Positions 1-8,459 are shown, counted from the first letter of the stretch. The stretch is DNA of 14,358 nt from Candidatus Bathyarchaeota archaeon (GCA_963739305.1 CAVTZU010000034.1:1-14358); one strand, 5' to 3'. Made by a program: numbers and translations. Notes: a model not told the origin generated them from the sequence alone.

Positions 1-207
1 AATTACTTAACACGTCTGGGTTTTTTAGTTTTGTGGAATCTTCTTCTATCTGATTTGCACTTGAGTTGCGCCCGAAATTTCAGGCACTAAAGATATTAGA
101 ATGCAAATTCCGTTGGAAAATCGAAGACAAGTTTAAACTATTGCATATTCTGGGAGAAGTTTTTAAGGATGAATTCTCATATATGCATGTGCGCAGAGGC
201 GAGGAAT

Positions 208-649
208 TTGAAGACGGTAACATTGCTGTATGTGGCTCTTGCCTTTTCCGTCATATTAATAGCCCTGGTGCATTTCTCGCTAAGTGCCGATACAACAGAC
301 ACAACAACACCAACTCAATATATCCCTAGCGAAAAGGCAAATCCTGGTTCAGAATTCAAGAAATCTACAGGAGACACGACAAACAACGAAACATACTTCA
401 ACATACCCGAACGAGACGATCAGATCATAGGTGGGCAACCTGATAACGCATCATGCCCTGACGCTGTCGACTCAACTGGATCTCATGGGCAAGTTACAAA
501 TGTTCCCAGTATGTAATGAAAACGTGTCATTACCGACCCCACTTCCAGATGGACGTATCTTCACGAGCGGGGAACCACCTTATGGTTATCTCCCAACTTG
601 CAGTCCAAAGGACAGAAACATGCCGTTTGTTCCCGTTGAACCAGACTAG
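208..649 (+). pseudogene. Membrane-anchored or secreted Thr/Pro-rich hypothetical protein, apparently frameshifted near 505-507
   Basis: A TTG at 208 follows GAGG and leads into a hydrophobic segment (TLLYVALAFSVILIALVHFSLS). This frame stops at 516. Removing one C from CCC (505-507) joins it to the +1 frame (NVPVCNENVSLPTPLPDGRIF...VEPD*), which ends at 649. Confidence 0.5.
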
Positions 650-749
650 CGATTTCTTGTGGTCTTTCGAAAACGAACATGTTTATTTTGGGCATTTCGC
701 TTCTCTTACTGATTCATGAGAAAAAAAGGATCTCGAGTGACACAGTCAT

Positions 750-1374
750 ATGACGAAGAAAAGAGCGACTTCATGGATTTTCGCTGGGCTCTTTCTGATT
801 CTCCTAGGCGCTGTTCTAGTGGTCTGCTCGAAGCCTTATTTCAGTTACACAATCGAAAAACTGGAGGCAAGTTCAAAGATCCGAGACCATAATGAACTCT
901 TCCTTTAACCTACATATGTCTCAAGACAAAATGGTTCAAGTTCAGTTGAGCATCGGTCAGACATTAGACATTTTGGCATCAGGGAGTGAGAACTTCACTT
1001 TTCTGATTGCTAACTACACAGACCCAAAAAACGTTACGGCACTGGACGAACCAGACGTGACCTACTACATGGCGAACGGCACTTTGACCGTCAATACAAC
1101 ATGGAGCCCTCAAATAAGAACAGCCAGCCCTGGAAATTACTATCTAACCTTCTTGGCTCGCGATTTTTCCGCTGAATCGCCCGTGCACGTCTACGCAAAC
1201 ATAACCAAGAAATGGACAGATCTAGTCACCAAAATAGTCGTAGCACCAGATCTCAGGGCTCTCATAGATTCGAATTACGCCTTCGTAGGTCTGGGCGTCG
1301 CAATTCTGGGCGGAGTCGTTCTTGCGTACACTTTCTACAACAAATCTAGACCGAGAAGTCAGCGGCATGGATGA
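750..1374 (+). pseudogene. Two-TM membrane protein with an extracytoplasmic domain, frameshifted at the A5 run 856-860
   Basis: The ATG at 750 gives MTKKRATSWIFAGLFLILLGAVLVVCS (signal/TM) but stops at 908. Deleting one A at 856-860 gives ...YTIENWRQVQRSETIMNSSF..., continuous with ORF 892..1374. That ORF has 7 N-x-S/T sequons, a C-terminal TM and a basic tail. Confidence 0.75.
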
Positions 1375-1769
1375 GCACAAAACCCATGAACGCTGATTCT
1401 TTCTTTTCAGAAAGCGATCGAATTCGCGAAAGACTGAACAAGAGGTTACAGAGGGTGGGAGGGGAGACAAAAATAGTATATATACTAACTTTCCAGGCTA
1501 CCTATATCCAGAATAGCATCATCTGCGGCCCATTGAACGGCTGCCTGCCTATTGATAAACAGTCTGATCGAAGCGATTCGTTCTCTTATCCAGTTCGCGC
1601 GTCCGCACCTCCGCATCCAAGTGCCTTTGAGCAACCTTAAAGTCAGCAAGTGCTGGGTCCAGGTCTTGACATTATCCCAGTTCGCAGCGCGCGCTACGCC
1701 AGATATGGAGGACAGTTCTATATTATGGTTCCAGAACGCATATTTTTCCGTTTGAACCGTGGTTTAAGT

Positions 1770-1882
1770 GGCGTGCGCGGACTTTTCATCTCTACGGCGG
1801 CACCATGCTCACCTCTGAAAAGGGGGAGATGGGAGAAACCAACTTTTGGTTCATGTCGCCACCCTCACAGTCCGCGCACGCC
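1770..1882 (+). ncRNA. Candidate structured ncRNA of unknown family (alternatively a MITE-like element)
   Basis: A perfect 14-bp terminal inverted repeat (GGCGTGCGCGGACT/AGTCCGCGCACGCC) encloses an inner stem, a GAAA-tetraloop hairpin and a second hairpin. G-U pairs favour the + strand. Confidence 0.55.
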
Positions 1883-1889
1883 TTCTTGC

Positions 1890-1945
1890 TTGATGAGAAG
1901 TGTGCGTAGCTTGCAGAATGAAAATTCGTCTTTCAGCTGCGCTGA
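1890..1945 (+). ncRNA. Possible C/D-box sRNA
   Basis: TGATGA at 1891-1896 (C-like) and CTGA at 1942-1945 (D) span about 55 nt. Internal CAGA/ATGAAAA could be a degenerate D'/C' pair. Confidence 0.25.
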
Positions 1946-2782
1946 CTAGATCCTTCCAGCTCTTTTGAACTGGCGCGTGACGCTATTGATGTCTTCGCCC
2001 AGAACTTGTATGTCATCAATTTCGCCCAGCTTTCTCTCGTAGGCCATGCGAACGTGAGCAACTTCATGAGGATCAAACCCCATAATCCTGCACGCCGTAG
2101 CATCTGTGGCAACGACGTCTTTTCCCGCAAGTATCAGATCCATCTTGACTGGTGAACCGCTTACAGGTCCATTTCCTTCCATCGCGACAAATCCGTCAAT
2201 CACGGTCAGAACTGGTTTGATCACGGTGTTTATGTCCGCGATCACCTTGCTGATGCCTTTGATGTGATACTTTCCCTTGAACTTGTCGGGAAGTAGCCCA
2301 AACATGTTCTTCATTCCCAGCGTAACCTTCGTAGACCCGTGAGTCTTCAGTTTCGCCGCGCTTATCACGGCGGACTCAGTCACCAACCTCGGCACAGTAA
2401 TGCTGTCCAATGCCCTGCCGTCTGGAATATCGATCTTAACCCTGTCTTCTACGTATCTTAAGTTCAAGCATTCCACACCGTTCCGCTCAGCCATTTCCTT
2501 CATACCCGTGGCTTCGAAAGTTTCATCCGCACTAGTCATCGTGGCGTCCGATTCGACAACGTAGATTTTCACAGGCAAATCCTGCAGCTTCTTAATAATA
2601 GCTTCAACCACGATTGGGTCTGTTGTGGCTCCAGTGTCCCATGTTTTCACCGTGATGAAGTTGACCTTGATAAGAACCGTTTTCCAGCCCGACAGAGCAG
2701 ACTTGTAATCTATCATTTCCAAGGCTTTGAAAACGGGTTCATGACCTCTCTCACCCTTGACGACTGCAACCTTTGAACCCAA
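1946..2782 (-). CDS. DUF362 domain-containing protein
   Basis: 278 aa with family motifs VLIKVN, GATTDP, KLKTH...VTLGMKNMFG, IDGFVAMEGNGP and DVVATDA. No C-terminal ferredoxin domain. Confidence 0.9.
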   Translation of the reverse strand: MGSKVAVVKGERGHEPVFKALEMIDYKSALSGWKTVLIKVNFITVKTWDTGATTDPIVVEAIIKKLQDLPVKIYVVESDATMTSADETFEATGMKEMAERNGVECLNLRYVEDRVKIDIPDGRALDSITVPRLVTESAVISAAKLKTHGSTKVTLGMKNMFGLLPDKFKGKYHIKGISKVIADINTVIKPVLTVIDGFVAMEGNGPVSGSPVKMDLILAGKDVVATDATACRIMGFDPHEVAHVRMAYERKLGEIDDIQVLGEDINSVTRQFKRAGRI

Positions 2783-2818
2783 TGAAACACGCCTCGAAGG
2801 CAGAGATCAAGAGTCATT

Positions 2819-2832
2819 CTTAAGTCTTTTTC
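2819..2832 (-). promoter_or_regulatory. BRE/TATA promoter of the DUF362 gene
   Basis: Minus-strand AAAAAGACTTAAAG about 37 nt upstream of the start. Confidence 0.5.
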
Positions 2833-2889
2833 AGAAAACCCAAAAAATCCAGAGCAAACTTTACGCAGCAGAAAATTCGGCTCTAAATG

Positions 2890-3592
2890 TTATGCAGGCT
2901 TCAGATATTGCGAGTAGAATTTGAGTGTTCTCTCCCACGCATCCTTTGCCGCTTCAGGCCTATAATTCTCTCGGGTATCATTGAAAAACCCGTGAGGAGC
3001 GCCAGGATAGATTTTCACGTCAAACGTCTTTCCATACTTCGTCAGTGTCTGTTTCAGAAGGTTGATGTCTGATTCCGTGATCGACATATCTGCGCCGGCA
3101 TAATTGCACAGGATTGGGCATTGAACATTCTTCACTAGGTCGATAGGCGAAGGGTTTCTACCGTAGAATACGACGGCTGCCGCGAGGTTCTTGTTATGAC
3201 ATGCGAAAAGAAGCGACAGTCCGCCGCCCATGCAGAACCCAATGCTGCCTATACGCTTTGGCCTCACGAAATCCAGAGATTGGAGATAGTCGAATCCGCC
3301 TCTGAGATCTTTGAGAATCTTCTCTTCACGGAATTCTTCTCGCAAAGCGCGACCTTCTTGTATGTTCGAAACGATCTTTCCGTCAAACAGGTCAACTGCG
3401 AGTGATACGAAACCTTCGTTTGCGAATCTTCTAGAAACGTCTTTGATGTGCTCTACCAGCCCCCATATCTCATGGATGACTATAACGGCGGCATGTTTCT
3501 CAGTCGTCGTCAGGTCTGGCCAAAAAACCCTTGGTCTTTTGCTTCACGTTTCCGCCTGAGAATTCTACGGTTGAAGAGAGAATTTTCGTCAT
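2890..3592 (-). pseudogene. Dienelactone hydrolase family protein, frameshifted near 3500-3510
   Basis: The ATG at 3592 gives MTKILSSTVEFSGGNVKQKTKGFLARPDDD*. The +1 frame continues EKHAAVIVIHEIWGLVEHIKDVSRRFANEGFVSLAVDLF into ORF 2890..3345, which has the GFCMGG nucleophile, a GAD Asp and the HGF His. The span is 703 nt (3n+1). Confidence 0.85.
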
Positions 3593-3703
3593 TATTCGCA
3601 GCGACCCAGCGTAACGTGCCGGGCCTTTTCTAATAAGACTTTCTTGAATCGAAACGGTTAGCTTGAAATACCTTCCTAGACATGTTCACAAAACGTGAGG
3701 AAA

Positions 3704-4081
3704 ATGAAAACGGCAACAGGTGGCACTTTTTATCAACGCATAGAGAAGGCAATTCGGAATATTGAAGAAGATGACAGAAAACTTCTGGACACTCTGAGAA
3801 CGTTGAAAGATGATATGAACAGACTTGAGGAAAGAGTTGGGGAGAAAAGACAACCTGGAGACTTGGATAAACTGAACTGTGCAATTGAAAGCCTCAATCA
3901 ACTGACGGATTCGCAGATTCTTGCCAGCAAAAAGGCTTGGAGAATTTACGAGGAATTTGAACGCGAATCCACGGGTCAGTCATTGGAACCAGACAAGCTT
4001 AATGAACTACGAGTAGTGTGCAAGAAAAGGGAGCAAATCGCAGCAGATCTGCTCTGCTATTCACTCGGCCATCTCAAGTAG
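3704..4081 (+). CDS. Hypothetical coiled-coil protein
   Basis: Charged heptad-like sequence. GTGAGG precedes the ATG at 3704 (alternative start GTG at 3695). Confidence 0.7.
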   Translation: MKTATGGTFYQRIEKAIRNIEEDDRKLLDTLRTLKDDMNRLEERVGEKRQPGDLDKLNCAIESLNQLTDSQILASKKAWRIYEEFERESTGQSLEPDKLNELRVVCKKREQIAADLLCYSLGHLK

Positions 4082-4175
4082 AAGAGGTTCAGAATGGACT
4101 TGTCCAGTCTCTCACAAATGCGCCCCTTCAGAATAACTCACGTGTGCTACCGCTAGAGGGAAACCTGGTGATAAA

Positions 4176-5000
4176 CTAGAACTCGAATTTCTCTATGATT
4201 TTTCTTTCTTTCTCCCAGTTTATCTCCGCGACAACATGAATGTAGTTCTGCAATCCAGAGTTCTGTATCCTCGGCTTGAGCAGCTCATCTATCTGGAAGA
4301 TGCCGGCAGAGTTGGACATGGTTATTCTCACAGTTACGGGTGTCTTTTCGCCCTCTTGAACCTCAACCTTCTCGATTGCCAACGCGGAAACAGAGTGGAT
4401 GTCCACTTTCCCCGCCTGGAACGGGATTCGAGCTCTGCCCTCTTCCATGTCCAGCGCATCGGAGATTCTTACGACTCCCGCCTCTATAGTCAATGGTCGT
4501 CTCGGTTCTTCGTGAGCGGTTATGCAGTGCAACACTTCAGAACCTATTATCGTGCGTTCTTCTTCGGAGTAAACCGGCTGCAAGAACTTGTCAAGGAAGC
4601 CATACGCAAGAAGCGCTCCGAAGATTTCGTGCTGATCTCTAATGACCGTCATACCAAGGTCATGAAAAATAGAGCCCAGAACAACAACCACCTCAGCGTC
4701 TTCGTTCTTCATCCTGTAATCCTTCACTATGCTGGGAACGATCTGTTTGTTGATCAAGATTCTAAGAAGTTTCAAGGCCAGGTTTGAAACAATCTTGACA
4801 TGAGTCGGACCATGGTCAGTGTACCCCATGCGGTCGATAGCCATAACGTTTGAGCATCTCCACAGAGTATGAAGTCTAACGTCGCTCTTCACTTGATCCA
4901 TCACCTTCTCGAGTTTGTTGTTTCCGCGGAACGGTATGTTGAAAACGTAAGATGCACTCTCTCCGCGTCTGTTCGTCTTGAATCGTTTCTGATTCTGCAT
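4176..5000 (-). CDS. HD-domain metal-dependent phosphohydrolase
   Basis: DHGPTH...FHDLG...HE...SDALDMEEGRARIPF motifs typical of archaeal HD-superfamily proteins. Confidence 0.9.
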   Translation of the reverse strand: MQNQKRFKTNRRGESASYVFNIPFRGNNKLEKVMDQVKSDVRLHTLWRCSNVMAIDRMGYTDHGPTHVKIVSNLALKLLRILINKQIVPSIVKDYRMKNEDAEVVVVLGSIFHDLGMTVIRDQHEIFGALLAYGFLDKFLQPVYSEEERTIIGSEVLHCITAHEEPRRPLTIEAGVVRISDALDMEEGRARIPFQAGKVDIHSVSALAIEKVEVQEGEKTPVTVRITMSNSAGIFQIDELLKPRIQNSGLQNYIHVVAEINWEKERKIIEKFEF

Positions 5001-5154
5001 TACCCGCTACACCTGGTACGTTAAACTACTTTATTGTGACCACTCAGCATATCAATTCTTTCATGATTCTCGGAGAAGGGTCGTATTTTAGATATGAGGA
5101 TCGTCTATACTTGCTTGTTGCATTTTGAATCAATCTCAAAGATTCCAGTGTACA

Positions 5155-5167
5155 CAAAACTTTTTAC
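5155..5167 (+). promoter_or_regulatory. Putative BRE/TATA for a leaderless transcript of the amidinotransferase-family gene
   Basis: CAAAACTTTTTAC lies about 23 nt upstream of the ATG at 5190. Confidence 0.4.
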
Positions 5168-5189
5168 TTCGTTCAAGGGTACAAACGTT

Positions 5190-6308
5190 ATGCGAACCAA
5201 GGACAAGACTCGCGTCAAACACCCGAGATTGGATTGGAAAGGTGATATCAGCAACTATCCACTCGAAAACTATCCCGATTATGAGCCGGGCAATCCGCCC
5301 CGTTTTGAGAAGCTCGCGGAGATAAGCCACCTTGACGAATACGAAAAACTGTGGGGTCGACCGTGTGGCGATCAGGGCATCGGAAGACTCCGAGAAGTCG
5401 CATTGATTAGGCCCGACGAGTTCGAGATGAACAAGCTCTTTGTCAACAACCCAGAATTCTTCCTGATGAGGCACATGGTGGTGACGAAAACAAAAATGAC
5501 TCTTGAACGGTTGCAGGAGAACTTCGATCAATACGTCAACATACTCAAGGGCGAAGGCGTCAAAGTCGACCTGCTTGAACAACCATACCCGGCCATGGGC
5601 GTCTACGGACCTATAAGGAAACAGTTCGTCGCCGCAAGGCTCGGATTCGTCATTCGAGGAGGCGTAGTGCTGAAGAGGTGGGGTCATTCATCGTGGAGCA
5701 GGGGGCTGGAGTACTATGCACAGCGTTTCTTTACCGACCTCGACATCCCGATTCTTCTCTTCCCCGCGGGAAAAGCAATCTTCGAGGATGCATGGGTCTG
5801 GGCAGCCGAAAACGTGGTGATCGGAAACTACGGTCTCGCTTGCAATCAGGAAGCTATGGACCAGTTGATGCCCGTTTTCAAAGCCGCTGGTATCGAAGAA
5901 GTAGTGATGGGCAGCTCCACAACTATAATGGACAGCTTTGAATCTGGCGGAGACTTCCACACTGACGTCGTCCTCGGTATTGCCGACGTTGGCCTTGCAG
6001 TCGTCTATCCTGCACAGATGGACTGGAAGATCTACACTTGGCTCAAACAGCACAACTTCAGACTTCTTGAGATACCACACGACGAGCAAGTTAAGTTTCT
6101 GCCATCAAACGGCGTATTGATCAAGCCCGGCAAGATAATCATGTCCTCCGGCGCGAAGAAAACCAACGCGATGCTCAGGAAAGAGGGAGTGGACGTCATA
6201 GAAATGGACACCGACGGGCTGGCTCACGGAGGAGTGAACGGAATCCGCTGCTGCACGTGCAGAATCTACAGGGAACCAGGACCGCGTCTCGAGGAGATAG
6301 TGCATTAG
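5190..6308 (+). CDS. Amidinotransferase / arginine deiminase / DDAH superfamily (pentein) enzyme
   Basis: GRLREVALIRP N-terminal motif, FHTD (catalytic His-x-Asp), SNGV and C-terminal GGVNGIRCCT with the catalytic Cys. Start 5190 is preferred over 5094 because of the promoter position. Confidence 0.88.
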   Translation: MRTKDKTRVKHPRLDWKGDISNYPLENYPDYEPGNPPRFEKLAEISHLDEYEKLWGRPCGDQGIGRLREVALIRPDEFEMNKLFVNNPEFFLMRHMVVTKTKMTLERLQENFDQYVNILKGEGVKVDLLEQPYPAMGVYGPIRKQFVAARLGFVIRGGVVLKRWGHSSWSRGLEYYAQRFFTDLDIPILLFPAGKAIFEDAWVWAAENVVIGNYGLACNQEAMDQLMPVFKAAGIEEVVMGSSTTIMDSFESGGDFHTDVVLGIADVGLAVVYPAQMDWKIYTWLKQHNFRLLEIPHDEQVKFLPSNGVLIKPGKIIMSSGAKKTNAMLRKEGVDVIEMDTDGLAHGGVNGIRCCTCRIYREPGPRLEEIVH

Positions 6309-6314
6309 TTTCAG

Positions 6315-6330
6315 TGGACCGGGCGGGATT
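6315..6330 (-). repeat. att site: duplicated 3' end of tRNA-Ala
   Basis: TGGACCGGGCGGGATT is identical to 8875-8890. Similarity extends to 20/23 nt through the T-loop. Confidence 0.85.
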
Positions 6331-6398
6331 CAGACCCAAAAGGGGTCAAGTCCAATACTGCCACAGCGCGCGCTAAACATCGAAATCAGGAAGAATCT

Positions 6399-6932
6399 TC
6401 AGACCCTAATTGAGTCGTAATCCTCCACGAATTCTCGAATTGCCTTATAGTATTGGTCTTTCCCCACTATGAACAGATCGCCATGATCGGCGCTTGGGAT
6501 GATCACGAGTCGTTTGCATTCGGCAGAAGAGTTTTCATACAGTTCTTTTCCTTCTTCTACCCGAATCAAACTGTCTTGCTCCCCATGGATGATTAAAGTC
6601 GGTTTGGAGATTGAACGCAATTTCACCTTGTTAAGAAACGCATAGTCGTCTCTCCAGATTAGATTGTCGGGCGGAACCAAAGAAACTAAATACTCTCTGA
6701 TATTGTTGGCAGGTCCGCTTTCAACTATCAACCCCTGAATATCATCCTGATACTTGTAGGCCAGTTCTATTGCTGAAAAACTTCCAAGTGAGCGACCCAT
6801 GAGAAAGTAGCTCTCCTTGAAACCGTAATCCTCGACTATTCTTTTGAATCCTTCAAAGATCCGGTGAGAATCCCTAATCATGTTGGTCACCATTGGTGTG
6901 CCATCGCTCAGCCCGCATCCACGATAACCTGC
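6399..6932 (-). pseudogene. N-terminally truncated alpha/beta hydrolase
   Basis: The frame opens after a TAA with AGYRGCGLSDGTP (decayed DYRGYG motif), then has GRSLG, IIHGEQD and the DHGD His. The N-terminal strands are missing. Confidence 0.8.
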
Positions 6933-7043
6933 TTATCTGGATATTAGCACGATACTGACGGAACAAGTGTTGTTCTCGCAGATGTACCTGCTTTTGTGCT
7001 TACCCTTCCTCAATGGTTTCCCGCAATCTGGGCAATCAACCAT
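6933..7043 (-). CDS. 36-aa Zn-ribbon microprotein (possibly truncated)
   Basis: MVDCPDCGKPLRKGKHKSRYICENNTCSVSIVLISR*, with a CxxC...CxxxxC pattern. Below the ORF-track size cutoff. Confidence 0.6.
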   Translation of the reverse strand: MVDCPDCGKPLRKGKHKSRYICENNTCSVSIVLISR

Positions 7044-7217
7044 CTTTAGATTCCCATATCAAAACGGAGGAGATAACGTAAAACGGTTATGAAACCCACA
7101 TAATGATGTAAGCTCCATTTCTACATGGCGCAGGGGAAAAGCGCTATCCACGATCTATATTCTTGATTCATAAGTCAGATATGCCCTAGACAAGAATTAC
7201 CAATAAGGTGAATTGGC

Positions 7218-7627
7218 ATGAGCAACGCGGTAAAGGAAAGAAGAAGATCGCTGGAAGAAAAGGCAAAAACTCTTGGGGAAAAAGCGCGCCTGGAAAGACT
7301 CGCTATTGACAAGAAACTCGCTGTCCAAATTCTTGAGGAAGAGAACCTTACGCACGATGCTGCAGTCAAAGAACTGGAGGAAGAGAATCGTATGCACGAT
7401 GCAGCAGTCAAAGAATTGGAGGACAAAATAGCGGACTTGGAACAACAAATGAAGCCTTTGCCTTCGGGCAGGGAAGCCACCAACCCAGACCGCTTCCGAA
7501 CCTGCGGAAGAGATTTCCTGACGATCTCGGCGAGTGTGTCAGTGTAGACGTGTTGCCACCGCCCGAGGAAAGCGTGGTTGACACGGTCATAGAAGGGTCA
7601 AAAAAGAAGAAACGCAGCTTCTACTAA
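7218..7627 (+). pseudogene. Coiled-coil hypothetical protein with an internal 14-aa repeat, probably frameshifted in the 3' part
   Basis: AGGTGA RBS precedes the ATG at 7218. The annotated frame ends at 7547, but protein-like sequence (PDDLGECVSVDVLPPPEESVVDTVIEGSKKKKRSFY*) ends at 7627 in another frame, followed by a T-tract. Confidence 0.55.
7335..7423 (+). repeat. 42-bp intragenic tandem repeat (2 copies)
   Basis: Encodes EEENLTHDAAVKEL / EEENRMHDAAVKEL, with period 42. Confidence 0.9.
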
Positions 7628-7779
7628 ATGCGCAGTTGCCCGAAAAACCCTTTTTCTATTCTTGTAGTAGCCACGCCCCCGCATTTTTTAGCGCGCTACG
7701 TGCAACTTGATTAAGAGTTTTGAATAGTGTTCTTAGCGCTCAAAACGCATTTGATGTGTGGAAGTGTACATTCCAAGCT

Positions 7780-7853
7780 GAAATCTCTGCGTTTTCATCG
7801 AAATCTCAGAGTTTTCCTTTCACATAGAAGATTTATCCACAAATCTTATAAAA
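7780..7853 (+). promoter_or_regulatory. Promoter with phased operator-like repeats upstream of the secreted-protein gene
   Basis: Two 17-bp repeats 20 bp apart, an inverted repeat AAGATTT-N6-AAATCTT, and a TTATAAA box. Confidence 0.55.
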
Positions 7854-7918
7854 TGAGAGGTGCGCATTAGCCAACTGGCAGTCTAATGCCAAAAAACATT
7901 TGGAAGGAGAAAGAAAGG

Positions 7919-8410
7919 ATGAAAACGAAAATGGCTCTGTTCGTGATTTTGCTTGCTGCCTTGTTCGTTGCCTTACCCGTGCAAGCCAAAATGAATTTTG
8001 GGCCCGCGCCGCCACTGCCTTTCATAGCCCACATATTGTACTTAGGCTCGCCTTTCCCAGCAGCTCCGCCACCATGGTATCAGACGGTCTCTGGCTCAGG
8101 AACCTGCACTCATATGGGAAAGGTAACCGTTTATCAACACCACATGGTTGTGCCCGCAGCCGACGGTGGGATCGACTTCTATGATGGAGAATTCTTCTGG
8201 ACAGCGGCTAATGGTGACATAGTGATGGGCACGTATTCAGGACATATGACTCCTAACCCAGCTGGCTATCTCGACATCCACGGATATTGGTATATCGACG
8301 GTGGCACTGGACGGTTCCAACACGCTACAGGACAGGGACCCGCTTCAGGCATACAGCACTTTGACGGCACTGGTGACCTATTCTGCGACGGATGGATCAA
8401 CTACAACTAG
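7919..8410 (+). CDS. Secreted hypothetical beta-barrel protein (AOC/dirigent-like GGTGRF motif)
   Basis: Signal peptide MKTKMALFVILLAALFVALPVQA, then motifs GTCTHMG, TAANGD and GGTGRFQHATG. Confidence 0.8.
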   Translation: MKTKMALFVILLAALFVALPVQAKMNFGPAPPLPFIAHILYLGSPFPAAPPPWYQTVSGSGTCTHMGKVTVYQHHMVVPAADGGIDFYDGEFFWTAANGDIVMGTYSGHMTPNPAGYLDIHGYWYIDGGTGRFQHATGQGPASGIQHFDGTGDLFCDGWINYN

Positions 8411-8437
8411 CTCATACATGGGAAGTTGGATTCACAT

Positions 8438-8459
8438 CTTCCTTTTTTTTCTGTTTCTC
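8438..8459 (+). terminator. Oligo-T archaeal terminator
   Basis: CTTCCTTTTTTTTCTGTTTCTC about 30 nt after the stop at 8410. Confidence 0.5.

Noticed and set aside
1770-1882. 5S rRNA, hammerhead ribozyme, H/ACA RNA or SECIS as the identity of the structure
   Set aside because: No 5S conserved loops, no CUGANGA core between stems, no ACA after the basal stem, and no in-frame TGA in the adjacent DUF362 gene.
1371-1949. Track ORFs 1371..1640, 1552..1755, 1650..1949 and a minus-strand stretch DLDPALADFKVAQRHLDAEVRTRELDK
   Set aside because: No recognisable motifs, they overlap one another, and the last + ORF runs across the RNA structure. A decayed gene cannot be excluded.
5094-5189. Longer N-terminus for the amidinotransferase
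   Set aside because: The stretch contains a promoter-like element positioned for the ATG at 5190.
7335-7423. CRISPR array
   Set aside because: Two adjacent in-frame coding repeats without spacers, and no cas genes in the window.
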